NCBI GenBank assembly: GCA_003645615.1
Contig: QNBE01000002.1
Coordinates: 1-43,366, forward strand
Source of the DNA: a candidate division WOR-3 bacterium
GTDB lineage: Bacteria > Hydrothermota > Tepidihabitantia > B36-G15
Direction: 5' to 3'
Length of the DNA: 43,366 nucleotides
Made by a program: the position numbers and the translations under genes. The notes below the pieces were generated by a model. The model did not search any database and was not told the origin of the DNA. It saw only the letters and a program-made list of their open reading frames with translations. Each line of letters starts with the position of its first letter. Position 1 is the stretch's first letter. Positions 1-9,385 of the stretch are shown piece by piece.

Positions 1-640
1 ACTTCCCCTCCTTGGCAACCCACCCGACAATCCCTTCTCCAATCTTTAGTCGCTTACCGATAAGCTTCTGGCCAACTGGCCCGGCTGCCTCCTCGAAATA
101 GAGTTCATCCCTTTCCTTGTCAACCAGAAGCAACGACCAGGCCTCCACCTTGATCAAATCGGTGATCTTCTCCATGATCCGTTTGAATATCTGATCGGGA
201 TCGAGTGAGGAGTTGAGAACCCGAACAATCTCATTCAGTGTCCTCAACTCCTTAATCCTCCTTTGCAAAGCCAGGACCGCTTCCATACTCTTAAAGGATC
301 GCTGTCTCCTCTCCCAGGCCTGGGCAACCTTCTCCAGAAGGACTTCATTTCGGAATGGCCGTCTTAATAACTTTTCGCTACTCAGCCGGAAAAGAAGCTC
401 TTTCTCAAAATCTTCCCCAATAATTATTACCTCAATATCGGGATCGATCTTTTCAATTGCTTCGATATCGAAATCTTTATCAACAATGACGATGTCAAAG
501 GGCTCCCGTTTTAGCCTCTTGATCGCCTCTTCCTCATCATGGGTGAACTGGGTATGATAGCCCTCTTCTCCCAAGAGTCGGGCCGTATTTATTGCCCTCA
601 ATCGATCACTATCATAAATTAGTATCTTTGCGTATCTCAT
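1..640 (-). CDS. Receiver(REC)-like + GAF signalling protein, 3' end outside window
   Basis: Not in the ORF track because it runs off the edge. My translation from ATG 640 (ATGA overlap with the upstream stop) is open to position 2: MRYAKILIYDSDR...EPFDIVIVDKDF...LLRRPF (receiver-like), then RIKELRTLNEIVRVLNSSLDPDQIF...WSLLLVDKERDELYF...KIGEGIVGWVAKEGK (typical GAF entry). Confidence 0.85.
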   Translation of the reverse strand, partial: MRYAKILIYDSDRLRAINTARLLGEEGYHTQFTHDEEEAIKRLKREPFDIVIVDKDFDIEAIEKIDPDIEVIIIGEDFEKELLFRLSSEKLLRRPFRNEVLLEKVAQAWERRQRSFKSMEAVLALQRRIKELRTLNEIVRVLNSSLDPDQIFKRIMEKITDLIKVEAWSLLLVDKERDELYFEEAAGPVGQKLIGKRLKIGEGIVGWVAKEGK

Positions 641-2892
641 TCACCAACTACCTCAAAAAGGAGATTGATCATCGAGTTGTTCTGATCATAAAAATTACCC
701 TCATCATCGACATGAATCTTTCCTCGATAGCCAAAGTCAAGCGCCTTCAACTTATCAGCTTCTTCCAGAAGGTGGACACCGAGTTTGATTACCCGGAAAT
801 GGTAGTCTGGGAAGAGATAATCCCTCACCACTCCGCGTTGTTTGCCAACCTCCTCCGCAATCGACTCTGGTGGGCCTTCACTCACCCCATCGTAGTAAAA
901 ACTGGGCGAATTGAGGAGGAGATTGATCAGGGTGGAGCTGTCGATGATCACAACCGAGCGATTGGGATCCCTCCCCATCGAGTATAGATTCGACTCGGCC
1001 AGAAGCGGACCGACAACATCGGGATCACCATAGGAATTGACGCTGAAGAAGATATCCCGCCCCGGACGTCCGGAAGCAATGCCAACGCCAATCCTAAAGA
1101 GGCTGCGAAATTCGGGAGGGAGGAGGGCATAAGTGACCCCTTCCACTTTCACCTCCCGTTTGCTAACCTCGCCAAACCAGTCCCGATAGTGGATAAAGTT
1201 GACCTTGATGAATTCCTCGGCCGCCTTTACCATCTCTAATCCACACTGAACCGCCCGGAGCCCGGCATCCGCAGAAGGATGGAGTTCGAACTCCCGTCCA
1301 GAGAATATTGACTGTCTGATCTTAATCCCCTTGGAGGCGATCGACTCAATATAAGAGCGATCATAGGTCTCCTTGGAATTAGCTCCAAACCAGACGACAC
1401 CACCATCACCGGTATCCTTGAGAAGGAAACCACCAAATCTTCTGGCGATACCACTCATAATTTGGGAAAACTTATATTTTATCTTCCACTCCTTTTCCGC
1501 ATTGCGCAATCTCGTTCCCATATAGGTAGACCCCCTAATATCATAGGTAAGAACCGAGATCGTCTTTCTTAATGAATTTATGAAATGGACCAGTCGCTTG
1601 GGACACTCTGATTTGGGCTTAAGATGGATGCCGGCAAAATATCCAAAATCTTTGGTTCGGTCTCCATAGGGCCATACCAAAACGAGCTCTTTTAATAGCT
1701 CACCGATCATTACCGGAAGGAAAACCTTCCGGATAAAGCCCAGATAATTCTCCATGATTAGGTCGGTATCGAGGGTAGTGCCCAACATCCCTTTGCGTTC
1801 ATACTCACGCAGGATGGAAATCTTCCTCATCCGACGGCTACGAATCTCCTCATCGATCATCCCGATTAGATACTCAGTGAACCGCTTTCTGATCTTGGCG
1901 GGAAGCTCCCGGCCGATCCGGAAGAAGATAATCTCTTCATAGATCGTAAGAAGATCGAAGGTCGGCCTTTCTACTTCCAGCTTCTCCAACTGTTCCAAAA
2001 TCCTGAGTGATTCCTTACGTTTGGCCTCATGATCCTGAAAGTGATGGAGCTGAATTAAAAGCGCTCGCTGCAATTTACTGGTTAACTGATTGATATGTCT
2101 GATAACATCGGTCCGGTTAACCAGCTTTTCCATCTTAAACAGTGTCTCCTTCAGTTCCCGGGAGAGCTCGTCAATTATCTCCTTCAGTCGTTCATGGGTC
2201 CGAATCAGAAATAACTCCGACTCCTTCAGTTCCTCCTTATGCAATGCCAGAATCCGTTCCGTCTCCTTACGATAGATTTTGAGAAGCTTCTGTCGTGCTG
2301 CGGGAGATAGGTGGTTTCTGATCACCTTAGGGAGACGGCCCAGTATATCGGCTGGCGTAGTTATTGGCTCCACCTCAACGATCCGATCCAGCTCGTAATC
2401 GACAAAGGCCATTGCCATCGCATCGTGGGCCATGAGGAAGAGTTCCGGTGTCAGGATAAACTTTTCCAATTCTCTCCGGAAGATATCAATCCCATCGTTA
2501 AGTTTGGGCCTCGTCTTTATCCTCACCTCATCAAAGATTCGGGCCAGGACCTGTCCCTTTTCATTGTATCCCTCCCGTAAGCGAATGAGTGTTTTCGCAT
2601 CAGCCCCCAATTTTCTGAATGCAACCTCAAGGATCAGCAATTTTTCTGGATCTTCGCTAAGAATACGTTGATATTCCTCTTTGGGATCGTCCGATTTCAA
2701 CTCGAGATAAAAATCATTCTGATCTTCATAAGGAGCAAGGATCTGGGTTGGCAACCGGAGTAGCCCCATACCATTTCTGATTAGGTTGAGAAAGTGCTCG
2801 AAGCGATCCTCCTTTAAATACCTTTCCCTCAATTTATGGGAATAGTTGCTGTGATCCTCAACACAATTGAACAACTGTTCACATGGATTCAT
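637..2892 (-). CDS. Large helical/coiled-coil protein with C-terminal class III nucleotide cyclase-like domain (paralog B)
   Basis: 751 aa; motifs VLTYDIRGST, LLKDTGDGG, FRIGVGIASG, GDPDVVG; no obvious TM segment; ATGA overlaps at both ends. Confidence 0.85.
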   Translation of the reverse strand: MNPCEQLFNCVEDHSNYSHKLRERYLKEDRFEHFLNLIRNGMGLLRLPTQILAPYEDQNDFYLELKSDDPKEEYQRILSEDPEKLLILEVAFRKLGADAKTLIRLREGYNEKGQVLARIFDEVRIKTRPKLNDGIDIFRRELEKFILTPELFLMAHDAMAMAFVDYELDRIVEVEPITTPADILGRLPKVIRNHLSPAARQKLLKIYRKETERILALHKEELKESELFLIRTHERLKEIIDELSRELKETLFKMEKLVNRTDVIRHINQLTSKLQRALLIQLHHFQDHEAKRKESLRILEQLEKLEVERPTFDLLTIYEEIIFFRIGRELPAKIRKRFTEYLIGMIDEEIRSRRMRKISILREYERKGMLGTTLDTDLIMENYLGFIRKVFLPVMIGELLKELVLVWPYGDRTKDFGYFAGIHLKPKSECPKRLVHFINSLRKTISVLTYDIRGSTYMGTRLRNAEKEWKIKYKFSQIMSGIARRFGGFLLKDTGDGGVVWFGANSKETYDRSYIESIASKGIKIRQSIFSGREFELHPSADAGLRAVQCGLEMVKAAEEFIKVNFIHYRDWFGEVSKREVKVEGVTYALLPPEFRSLFRIGVGIASGRPGRDIFFSVNSYGDPDVVGPLLAESNLYSMGRDPNRSVVIIDSSTLINLLLNSPSFYYDGVSEGPPESIAEEVGKQRGVVRDYLFPDYHFRVIKLGVHLLEEADKLKALDFGYRGKIHVDDEGNFYDQNNSMINLLFEVVGE

Positions 2893-5267
2893 AACTTCAC
2901 CACCTCATAGGCAAACTTTACCCTCCCACCTCGATCATCGACAAGCAATCCAAAATCATCGACACCGATACCGACATCATCAAGTCGAAGCTGATCGGCA
3001 TCACTCAACCTCACATCAAGCTTACGAAAGGCAATACCCCTTGCTTCGTGGACGAAGCCGATCCGTCGTTCCTTAAGCTTCAACCAGTGTTCAATCGCCT
3101 GCTCCATATCAAACATCATAATGTTCAACTTGGACCCCTCCGGTGAGAGGAAAGAGATCGATTCCGAATTAAGAATCAAACTGAAGAGGGTGGCCTCATC
3201 ACAGATAATCATCGACCGGTCAGGAGATCGGGCTTTAGAAAAGAGGTTCGCCTCACGAACCAGCATCCCGGTAACATCAAATTCTCCAAATGCATTGCGA
3301 TCAAAATATACTTCCCTGGGAGCCGATCCCGAGACCACCCCTACCCCGATCTGGAAGATGCTCTGATATTCGGGTGGCAACTGGGCAAAGGCACCACCCT
3401 CAAACTCCAACTCCCTGATCCTTGCTTCTTTAAACCAATCTCGATAGTGCTTCAGATTCCTCTTCACAAACTCCTCTGCCTCATCGACCATTGCTACCGC
3501 ACATTGAATCGCATTTATCGCCGCTCGTTCATCCTCCTCAAGTTTACCTCTCTCCTCAATACACTCGAGAATATTACGGCCGAAGAGGATGATGCCGCCA
3601 TCTCCGGTATCCTTGACTGGGTAACCATGGAATCTCCTTGCAACATCAAGCATAGCTTGATTAAACAGATTCCTGACCTCATTCTCAACTCGAGCGTTCT
3701 CCAGCTTTGTCCCCATGAAGGTGGAACCACGGATATCGTAAATAAGAAGAGAAATTACCCTCCGATAACGATCAACCAGTCGATCGGGAATTCTGGGCTC
3801 GACCTTTTCCTCCTTGGTAAGTTCACTCACAAATACGATCTCATCCAGTGATGTGGGCCTTTCCGATTTCGGCAATATCTCCACTATCTCCTCGAGAAGG
3901 AGGCAGGCGGCAAGGGGAGCAACGATCTCCCGCTTCACCCTCCGATAACGCTCCGATAAAACCTCGGTATCAACTCGTTCCTTAAAAAGCCCCCCTTTCT
4001 TAAATTCTCGGGCATAAAGATTATCTTCCTCACTACCTTCTTTTTGGATAATGCTGATGGTCTTCTTCACCTCCTCCAAAACCTCTTCGTCAAAATCCCA
4101 ACCCGATTTTGCCAAGGCGAGATTCAGGATCAAGGGAAATCTTATTCGGGGCGAGAGTAACCGATTCCGAACGATATTCCGGTTGATCCCGCCCAACGTT
4201 TCTACCCCTTGAATCCTTTGATCCAGAGTCTTCAGTCTTTCCTTTAACTCCCGGAAATGGTGGCAGTAATCGGCCATCCGTAGTTCGATCTTTTGGGTTG
4301 TTTGCTTGAGCCGATCATAATCCGGCTGGGTGAGAAGATTATGACGACACTCCTCCAATGCACTCTGGAGATAAGAATCCATCTTTTCTTTGAGCAGATT
4401 GATCTTGCTCTGGAGAGCCTCCCGTTCCTGCTCCAGCCCCCTAATCCTCCCCTTCACCGAATCCTTAACCTCTTGGACGATCCGCTCAATCTCATCATCA
4501 CTCAGACCATAGAGATAATAGGGGAAACTTTCAAAAAGCTCCTCCAGTGAATAGTAGCTCCCCTTGGTAAGATACTCATCGGCAAGATCTAACAATACCT
4601 TGCTCCGATGCTGGGTATCCCAATTGAAGAGGGCATAGAAGATCGGGAAGGGGATTCGGAAATCACGAAATTGAGCTTGAAATGTTTTGAGGATCTCATA
4701 ATCATTCTCACCGATGATGAAAGGGAATTTAAGAAAGGTCTCTTGAAGCAATACCGTCCTTAAGATCACCTTTTTGGCCAATGCGGTTCTGATCTTATGG
4801 AAGATCCCATTAACAACCTTGCCGGTCTTCTCATATAGGGTTTCAGGGGGGATAGTAACACCTTTAAGACCAACCTCGATCTCTCGGGCCAATAATTTTC
4901 TCATCCCGATCTCAAGAATCTGATAGGAATCGGGTTCCCTCTCAACGACGGGTTCCAGTGCGCCAACGGCCGCCTTCAAGAATCTATCGCAGAACTCAAG
5001 CCAACCCTCATCATCATCCCTTCCCAACCGGATGATCCGCTGGGCAAGATCGGAGAAGAGCAATCTCAGCTCGCGATGGAAGTAAAAAAGATAAATCCCA
5101 TCATCCTCTTTCCGGACGATGGGCTTGATCACATCCTCGGGGAGTATCTCTCTTAGAAATCGCAGAATCCTTACATATACTTCAGGTCGGCGGAATTTCT
5201 TATTTATTCTTTCGAACATCGGTGAACGGTGGATGATGTAATCCTCGATAATCGCCCGGTTAACCAC
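2889..5267 (-). CDS. Large helical/coiled-coil protein with C-terminal class III nucleotide cyclase-like domain (paralog A)
   Basis: Motifs LLIYDIRGST, PVKDTGDGG, FQIGVGVVSG, GEFDVTG. Start moved from 5333 to GTG 5267 (GGAGG just upstream, overlapping the mltG end); ATG 5219 is an alternative. Confidence 0.85.
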   Translation of the reverse strand: MVNRAIIEDYIIHRSPMFERINKKFRRPEVYVRILRFLREILPEDVIKPIVRKEDDGIYLFYFHRELRLLFSDLAQRIIRLGRDDDEGWLEFCDRFLKAAVGALEPVVEREPDSYQILEIGMRKLLAREIEVGLKGVTIPPETLYEKTGKVVNGIFHKIRTALAKKVILRTVLLQETFLKFPFIIGENDYEILKTFQAQFRDFRIPFPIFYALFNWDTQHRSKVLLDLADEYLTKGSYYSLEELFESFPYYLYGLSDDEIERIVQEVKDSVKGRIRGLEQEREALQSKINLLKEKMDSYLQSALEECRHNLLTQPDYDRLKQTTQKIELRMADYCHHFRELKERLKTLDQRIQGVETLGGINRNIVRNRLLSPRIRFPLILNLALAKSGWDFDEEVLEEVKKTISIIQKEGSEEDNLYAREFKKGGLFKERVDTEVLSERYRRVKREIVAPLAACLLLEEIVEILPKSERPTSLDEIVFVSELTKEEKVEPRIPDRLVDRYRRVISLLIYDIRGSTFMGTKLENARVENEVRNLFNQAMLDVARRFHGYPVKDTGDGGIILFGRNILECIEERGKLEEDERAAINAIQCAVAMVDEAEEFVKRNLKHYRDWFKEARIRELEFEGGAFAQLPPEYQSIFQIGVGVVSGSAPREVYFDRNAFGEFDVTGMLVREANLFSKARSPDRSMIICDEATLFSLILNSESISFLSPEGSKLNIMMFDMEQAIEHWLKLKERRIGFVHEARGIAFRKLDVRLSDADQLRLDDVGIGVDDFGLLVDDRGGRVKFAYEVVKL

Positions 5268-6195
5268 CTTTCCTCCGCTTGGCCAAGAGATGCCCCCAAT
5301 AGGTGGTGGAGAAGTAGTGCCCCCCATGTCCATTACTGACGAAATATAGATATTGAGTTTCCTTCGGATTCATAACCGCCTTGAGCGATGCCTTGCCCGG
5401 AGAACAGATCGGGGTTGGTGGTAGTCCCGGATAACGATAAGTATTGTAAGGGGAGTCGATCCTGAGATCGCTCAGGCGCAATCGTCTCCGATGGCCACCC
5501 AGGGCATAGTTGACCGTAGCACAGGATTCTAAGGGACGACCATTCCTGAGTCGTTTAAGAAAGATGGCAGCAATTATCGGCCGTTCACTATCGATCTTCG
5601 CTTCTTTCTCAACGATCGAAGCGAGGGTAAGAATTGGATAGAGCGAATCACGGATACCCAACTGCTTGATAATCTCCTTAAATCGTTTCACCATCCGGGT
5701 GATGATCTCCTCCTCACTATTGAAGATGGAAAAGATATAGGTGTCGGGGAAAAGAAGTCCTTCCAAGGTGGTCACCCCTGGAAAACCGAGTCGACCGATG
5801 AATTCGGGATCGTGGGCGAGACGGGTGAAGGTATCGATATCGATCAGTCCCAGCCGTGCCAACCGGTGGGTGATCTGCTGGAGACTGAAACCCTCCGGAA
5901 TAGTTACCCTGATCGTATCGATCCCACCTCTTCTCAGTTTTAAGAGGATGGAGAGCGGTGTCTCGGTTCTTCCGATGTAATAGTAGCCAGGTCTTATCCG
6001 CCGTTCCCAACCCAGAACTCGAGAGAGTGCGATCATCAGAAAAGGGCTGACCAAGACATCTTTGGTCCTTAGGCTCTCAACCACCGTAGTAAGTGGTTCC
6101 GCAGGATAGACAAAGATCCTGACCTTTGGTCCGGAGATCGGATTGTAGATGAGTGAGAGAACCAAAAGGATGATGACCGTCCCTATTTTGAGCAT
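5260..6195 (-). CDS. mltG: Endolytic peptidoglycan transglycosylase MltG (YceG family)
   Basis: VTIPEG, LEGLLFPDTY, LASIVEKEA, SPYNTY..PGLPPTPICSPG, YLYFV; N-terminal TM. Confidence 0.95.
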   Translation of the reverse strand: MLKIGTVIILLVLSLIYNPISGPKVRIFVYPAEPLTTVVESLRTKDVLVSPFLMIALSRVLGWERRIRPGYYYIGRTETPLSILLKLRRGGIDTIRVTIPEGFSLQQITHRLARLGLIDIDTFTRLAHDPEFIGRLGFPGVTTLEGLLFPDTYIFSIFNSEEEIITRMVKRFKEIIKQLGIRDSLYPILTLASIVEKEAKIDSERPIIAAIFLKRLRNGRPLESCATVNYALGGHRRRLRLSDLRIDSPYNTYRYPGLPPTPICSPGKASLKAVMNPKETQYLYFVSNGHGGHYFSTTYWGHLLAKRRKGG

Positions 6196-6569
6196 CTCAT
6201 CTGCTCCAGATAATCGCCGAGCATGATGGCAGCGGCACGGGCGTCTACCATCCGATCACTTATCCGGGAGGCAATCTTCGTTGTCCAGCGTTCATCATAG
6301 AGCAGGACATCGATACCGATCTTCCTCAACTTCCTAAGGAAACTTAACACCCGCCGGGTAATGGCCGTCTCTTTCCCTTTCAAAGAGTAGGGACAACCGA
6401 GGATGATCTTTCCCACCCCCTTCTCCCGGCAGATCCTTTCGATCTCAGCAATCGCTTTCCGATCCGAAATCCGTTCAATAACCTGATAAGGATAGGCAAT
6501 AGCCCCCCCCTCATCACTGAGGGCAATACCGATCCGCTTTTCACCAAAATCGACCGCTAAGATACGCAT
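6183..6569 (-). CDS. ruvX: YqgF/RuvX family RNase H-like nuclease
   Basis: MRILAVDFGEKRIGIALSD, DERWTT, VDARAAAIML. Confidence 0.95.
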   Translation of the reverse strand: MRILAVDFGEKRIGIALSDEGGAIAYPYQVIERISDRKAIAEIERICREKGVGKIILGCPYSLKGKETAITRRVLSFLRKLRKIGIDVLLYDERWTTKIASRISDRMVDARAAAIMLGDYLEQMRCSK

Positions 6570-7441
6570 CGCTTCAATACCCTTAAGAAATTTCTTATTG
6601 CCAGCTGTCCCAACACCTTCTTATTGAGTCCCAGCCCCTTTAGAAGTTCTGGGATATGAGCACTATCCGGTATTATCGGATCTTTGATCCCATCAAAGTC
6701 CGATCCTAAGGCGAGTAGTCGGGGAGAAAACTCATCCTTGAGATAATCGACATGATCCCGAAAGGGGTGGGGACCCAGATGGCGGCGGCTCAGGTTGATC
6801 CCCACCACTCCATCCCTTTCTGCAATCGCATCGATGGCTGGGTCAGAAAGGTTTCTCAAATCCGGATTGAGCGCTCGGAGACAGGAGTGGGAGGCAATGA
6901 TTGGTATCTCCAGCAGTCGGCTGATATCGATGACCGTTTTTGTTGAGGCATGGGAGACGTCGACCACCCCGCCCAATTCCTCAATCCTTAATAGGAATCT
7001 CCGCCCTTTTCGGCTCAACCCTTTGTTATCATTATCATAGGCAGAATGGGCTAGGCTGTTGGAGTTGTTCCAGGTAATGGTAAATACCCGAACCCCTAAT
7101 CGGTAGAGGAGATTGATCCGTTCTATCCTTTTCTCAAAGATGTGACCACCCTCAACACCAATTATGAGATTTATCTTTTCTAAATCGAGATCCGCAAATC
7201 GTTCCACCACTCTCATACGGCCACGACTCCGCTCCACCGTCTCCCATATTGCCTCGATCATCTCCAGTGCCGATCCGAAGGGATCGGGATCGGCTGGTTT
7301 GACCCAGCAGGCGAAAACGACGACCTTCACCCCTCCCTTTTTCAACTTAATAAGATCAACCGGTCCCGAAGTCATCCCCAGAAGATCATCCCCCCGCTTG
7401 ATTCGATATACCGAATCAGTATGGAGATCAGCTACTACCAA
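6557..7441 (-). CDS. Membrane dipeptidase family (peptidase M19) metallo-dipeptidase
   Basis: DLHTD, IGVEGG, TITWNNSN, VDVSHAS, ASHS, RNLSD, LGSDFDG. Confidence 0.92.
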   Translation of the reverse strand: MVVADLHTDSVYRIKRGDDLLGMTSGPVDLIKLKKGGVKVVVFACWVKPADPDPFGSALEMIEAIWETVERSRGRMRVVERFADLDLEKINLIIGVEGGHIFEKRIERINLLYRLGVRVFTITWNNSNSLAHSAYDNDNKGLSRKGRRFLLRIEELGGVVDVSHASTKTVIDISRLLEIPIIASHSCLRALNPDLRNLSDPAIDAIAERDGVVGINLSRRHLGPHPFRDHVDYLKDEFSPRLLALGSDFDGIKDPIIPDSAHIPELLKGLGLNKKVLGQLAIRNFLRVLKRCVS

Positions 7442-7731
7442 CTCGGTAGATTAAATCCGATCGATCGGGTAATCGCCTGTCGTGCTGCCTCGGCCGCCTT
7501 ACGTCTGGCATCATTAACTGCCGCAAGGATTAGATCCTCGAGCATCTCGATCTCTTCCTTATCAACCACCGTCGGATCAACCTTCACCTCGATGAGATCA
7601 AAATTGCCGTTCATCTTAACCCGGACCATACCCCCTCCCGCACTCCCTTCCACCATCACCTCACCGAGCGACTTCTCGATCTGGGCCTTGATCTTCTCCG
7701 CATTCTTAAATAGCAGGGAAAAATCCTTCAC
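7435..7731 (-). CDS. ybaB: YbaB/EbfC nucleoid-associated protein
   Basis: VEGSAGGGMVRV.MNG, EMLEDLILAAVNDA; directly after dnaX. Confidence 0.95.
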   Translation of the reverse strand: MKDFSLLFKNAEKIKAQIEKSLGEVMVEGSAGGGMVRVKMNGNFDLIEVKVDPTVVDKEEIEMLEDLILAAVNDARRKAAEAARQAITRSIGFNLPSW

Positions 7732-9107
7732 TTCACCTCTTCCCCATCGAAGAATGATATCACCTTCTCCTTCAAACTCCTCTCCTCCATCCGTAATCTT
7801 ACCGATCCACCAGCAATTCTCTTCAACACCGTTTCGATCTCCTGGCGCTTCTTAAGAAGCTGATCACGAATCTTGGGATCGCGAGTGTAAACCACCATTT
7901 GATTCTGTTCGCAGTGAATCTCGGCCTGTCTCAGTGAGGCGGCCAGTTCTTTATCGATGCGCTCCAGATCATCAACCATCGTCTGGACGATATCCTTCTT
8001 CCTACCCTCATAGTATTTCAGAAGATCATCAATCATTACTGAACTCTCGAGATAGATAAACCGCAGGATCAGAGCCTCCATCACCACCCTTGGTGAACTT
8101 GAACGGCGCAGGAGATCTTCATAATTCAATGCTACCTGGAGCATCCTTAAGAGGTCAAGCGGATTGATCCCCTCGGCCAGTAGTTGATCACCCTCCCCCA
8201 ACGGTTCATCAACTCCACTCTGGATAAATAGGAGATGTCTTAAGTATTCAATCAGGGCGCGGTAGATCTCGAAGGGTTCGTTCCCCCCCTCCATCATCTG
8301 GGTGAGAATCTCAAGTGCCTTTCTCTTATCCTTCTTATTGACCGACTGGAAAAGCTCCAAAACCGCAAAATCGGGAACCTTACCCACGACATCGAGAACA
8401 TCTTCCCTCTTTATCTCATCCTCGGTATAACCGGTAAGCTGCTCAAGAATTACCAGACCATCCCTCATACTGCCATCGGCATACCGGGCAATTGTCCGAA
8501 TCGCATCATCGCCGATTTTAATATTCTCCCGATCGGCAATCTCCCTGAGTCGGTGGGCGATCGGCTCAACCCCGATACGGCGGAAATCGAATCTCTGACA
8601 GCGGGAGAGAACGGTCTGGGGGACCTTGGCCGGAGCCGTGGTCGCGAGGATGAAGATGGCATGGGGTGGAGGTTCCTCCAAGGTCTTTAGGAGAGCATTG
8701 AAGGCCTCGGTGGTGAGCATATGAACTTCATCGATAATATAGATCTTGTATCTCCCCTGGAGGGGAACATATTTGACCTGCTCCCTCAACTCACGCACCT
8801 GATCAATACCTCGATTGGATGCGCCGTCGATCTCGATGACATCGACACTCCGGCCCTCGATTATCTCTCGGCAGGCGGGACATTCACCACAGGGATTAAC
8901 GGTTGGACCATTGAGACAGTTTAGGGATCGGGCAAAAACCCGGGCGGTAGTTGTCTTTCCGATTCCGCGCGGACCGGCGAAGATGAAGGCGGGGAAGGCG
9001 AGGCCGTGCTCAACCTGGTTCTTCAAGATTCGCTTGATATAATCCTGATCGACGATCTCATCAAAAGTCTTGGGTCGATACTTTAATGCCAGGGGAAGAT
9101 GTCTCAT
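7728..9107 (-). CDS. dnaX: DNA polymerase III subunit gamma/tau
   Basis: LALKYRP, GPRGIGKTT, Cys zinc module, EIDGASNRGID, IIDEVHML, LLKTLEEPP, SRCQRF. Start set at ATG 9107 because the 9140 start lies inside the SRP RNA. Confidence 0.97.
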   Translation of the reverse strand: MRHLPLALKYRPKTFDEIVDQDYIKRILKNQVEHGLAFPAFIFAGPRGIGKTTTARVFARSLNCLNGPTVNPCGECPACREIIEGRSVDVIEIDGASNRGIDQVRELREQVKYVPLQGRYKIYIIDEVHMLTTEAFNALLKTLEEPPPHAIFILATTAPAKVPQTVLSRCQRFDFRRIGVEPIAHRLREIADRENIKIGDDAIRTIARYADGSMRDGLVILEQLTGYTEDEIKREDVLDVVGKVPDFAVLELFQSVNKKDKRKALEILTQMMEGGNEPFEIYRALIEYLRHLLFIQSGVDEPLGEGDQLLAEGINPLDLLRMLQVALNYEDLLRRSSSPRVVMEALILRFIYLESSVMIDDLLKYYEGRKKDIVQTMVDDLERIDKELAASLRQAEIHCEQNQMVVYTRDPKIRDQLLKKRQEIETVLKRIAGGSVRLRMEERSLKEKVISFFDGEEVK

Positions 9108-9116
9108 AACCGATAG

Positions 9117-9385
9117 ACGGCCGTGCAACCACCCTCGCAACCCACCTCCAGCGGTGGTCGATGGCTGAGACTCCGGTCAGGCGCCCCTCCAACCGGCCTT
9201 TTTTCACTTACCGTTGCTTCCTTCCGGACCTGGCGGATTCGTGAACAGTACCTTTGGAGGACCCAACCTTCACCATCCCAGACCATCAACCCCATACTAC
9301 AGGTGGGAGGCTCAGGAGGTATTCGGCTCCGCATAAGCGGGTTTCGGATACAGGGTACCGCTAACACCCCGCCTAGCACGACCGT
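9117..9385 (-). ncRNA. ffs: Large bacterial SRP RNA (~270 nt, Alu + S domain)
   Basis: Minus strand carries the S-domain motif GCCAGGTCCGGAAGGAAGCAACGG and a 5' Alu-like GTGCTAGGCGGGGTGTTAGCGGTACCCTGT; ends ACGGTCGTGC / GCACGGCCGT can pair; ffs-dnaX-ybaB synteny. Confidence 0.93.

Noticed and set aside
637-5267. Pycsar/CBASS-type anti-phage system reading of the cyclase pair
   Set aside because: No adjacent TM or TIR cNMP effector and no defence or mobile context; the genes are coupled to housekeeping genes. Not fully excluded, since the downstream gene is truncated
5268-5333. Longest-ORF N-terminal extensions (also at 9140, 22639, 24043, 31348, 32954, 36180)
   Set aside because: They overlap neighbouring genes, RNA or promoter elements; better-placed downstream starts exist
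7728-9107. Programmed frameshift in dnaX
   Set aside because: I saw no A-AAA-AAG or long poly-A slippery site; single uninterrupted ORF
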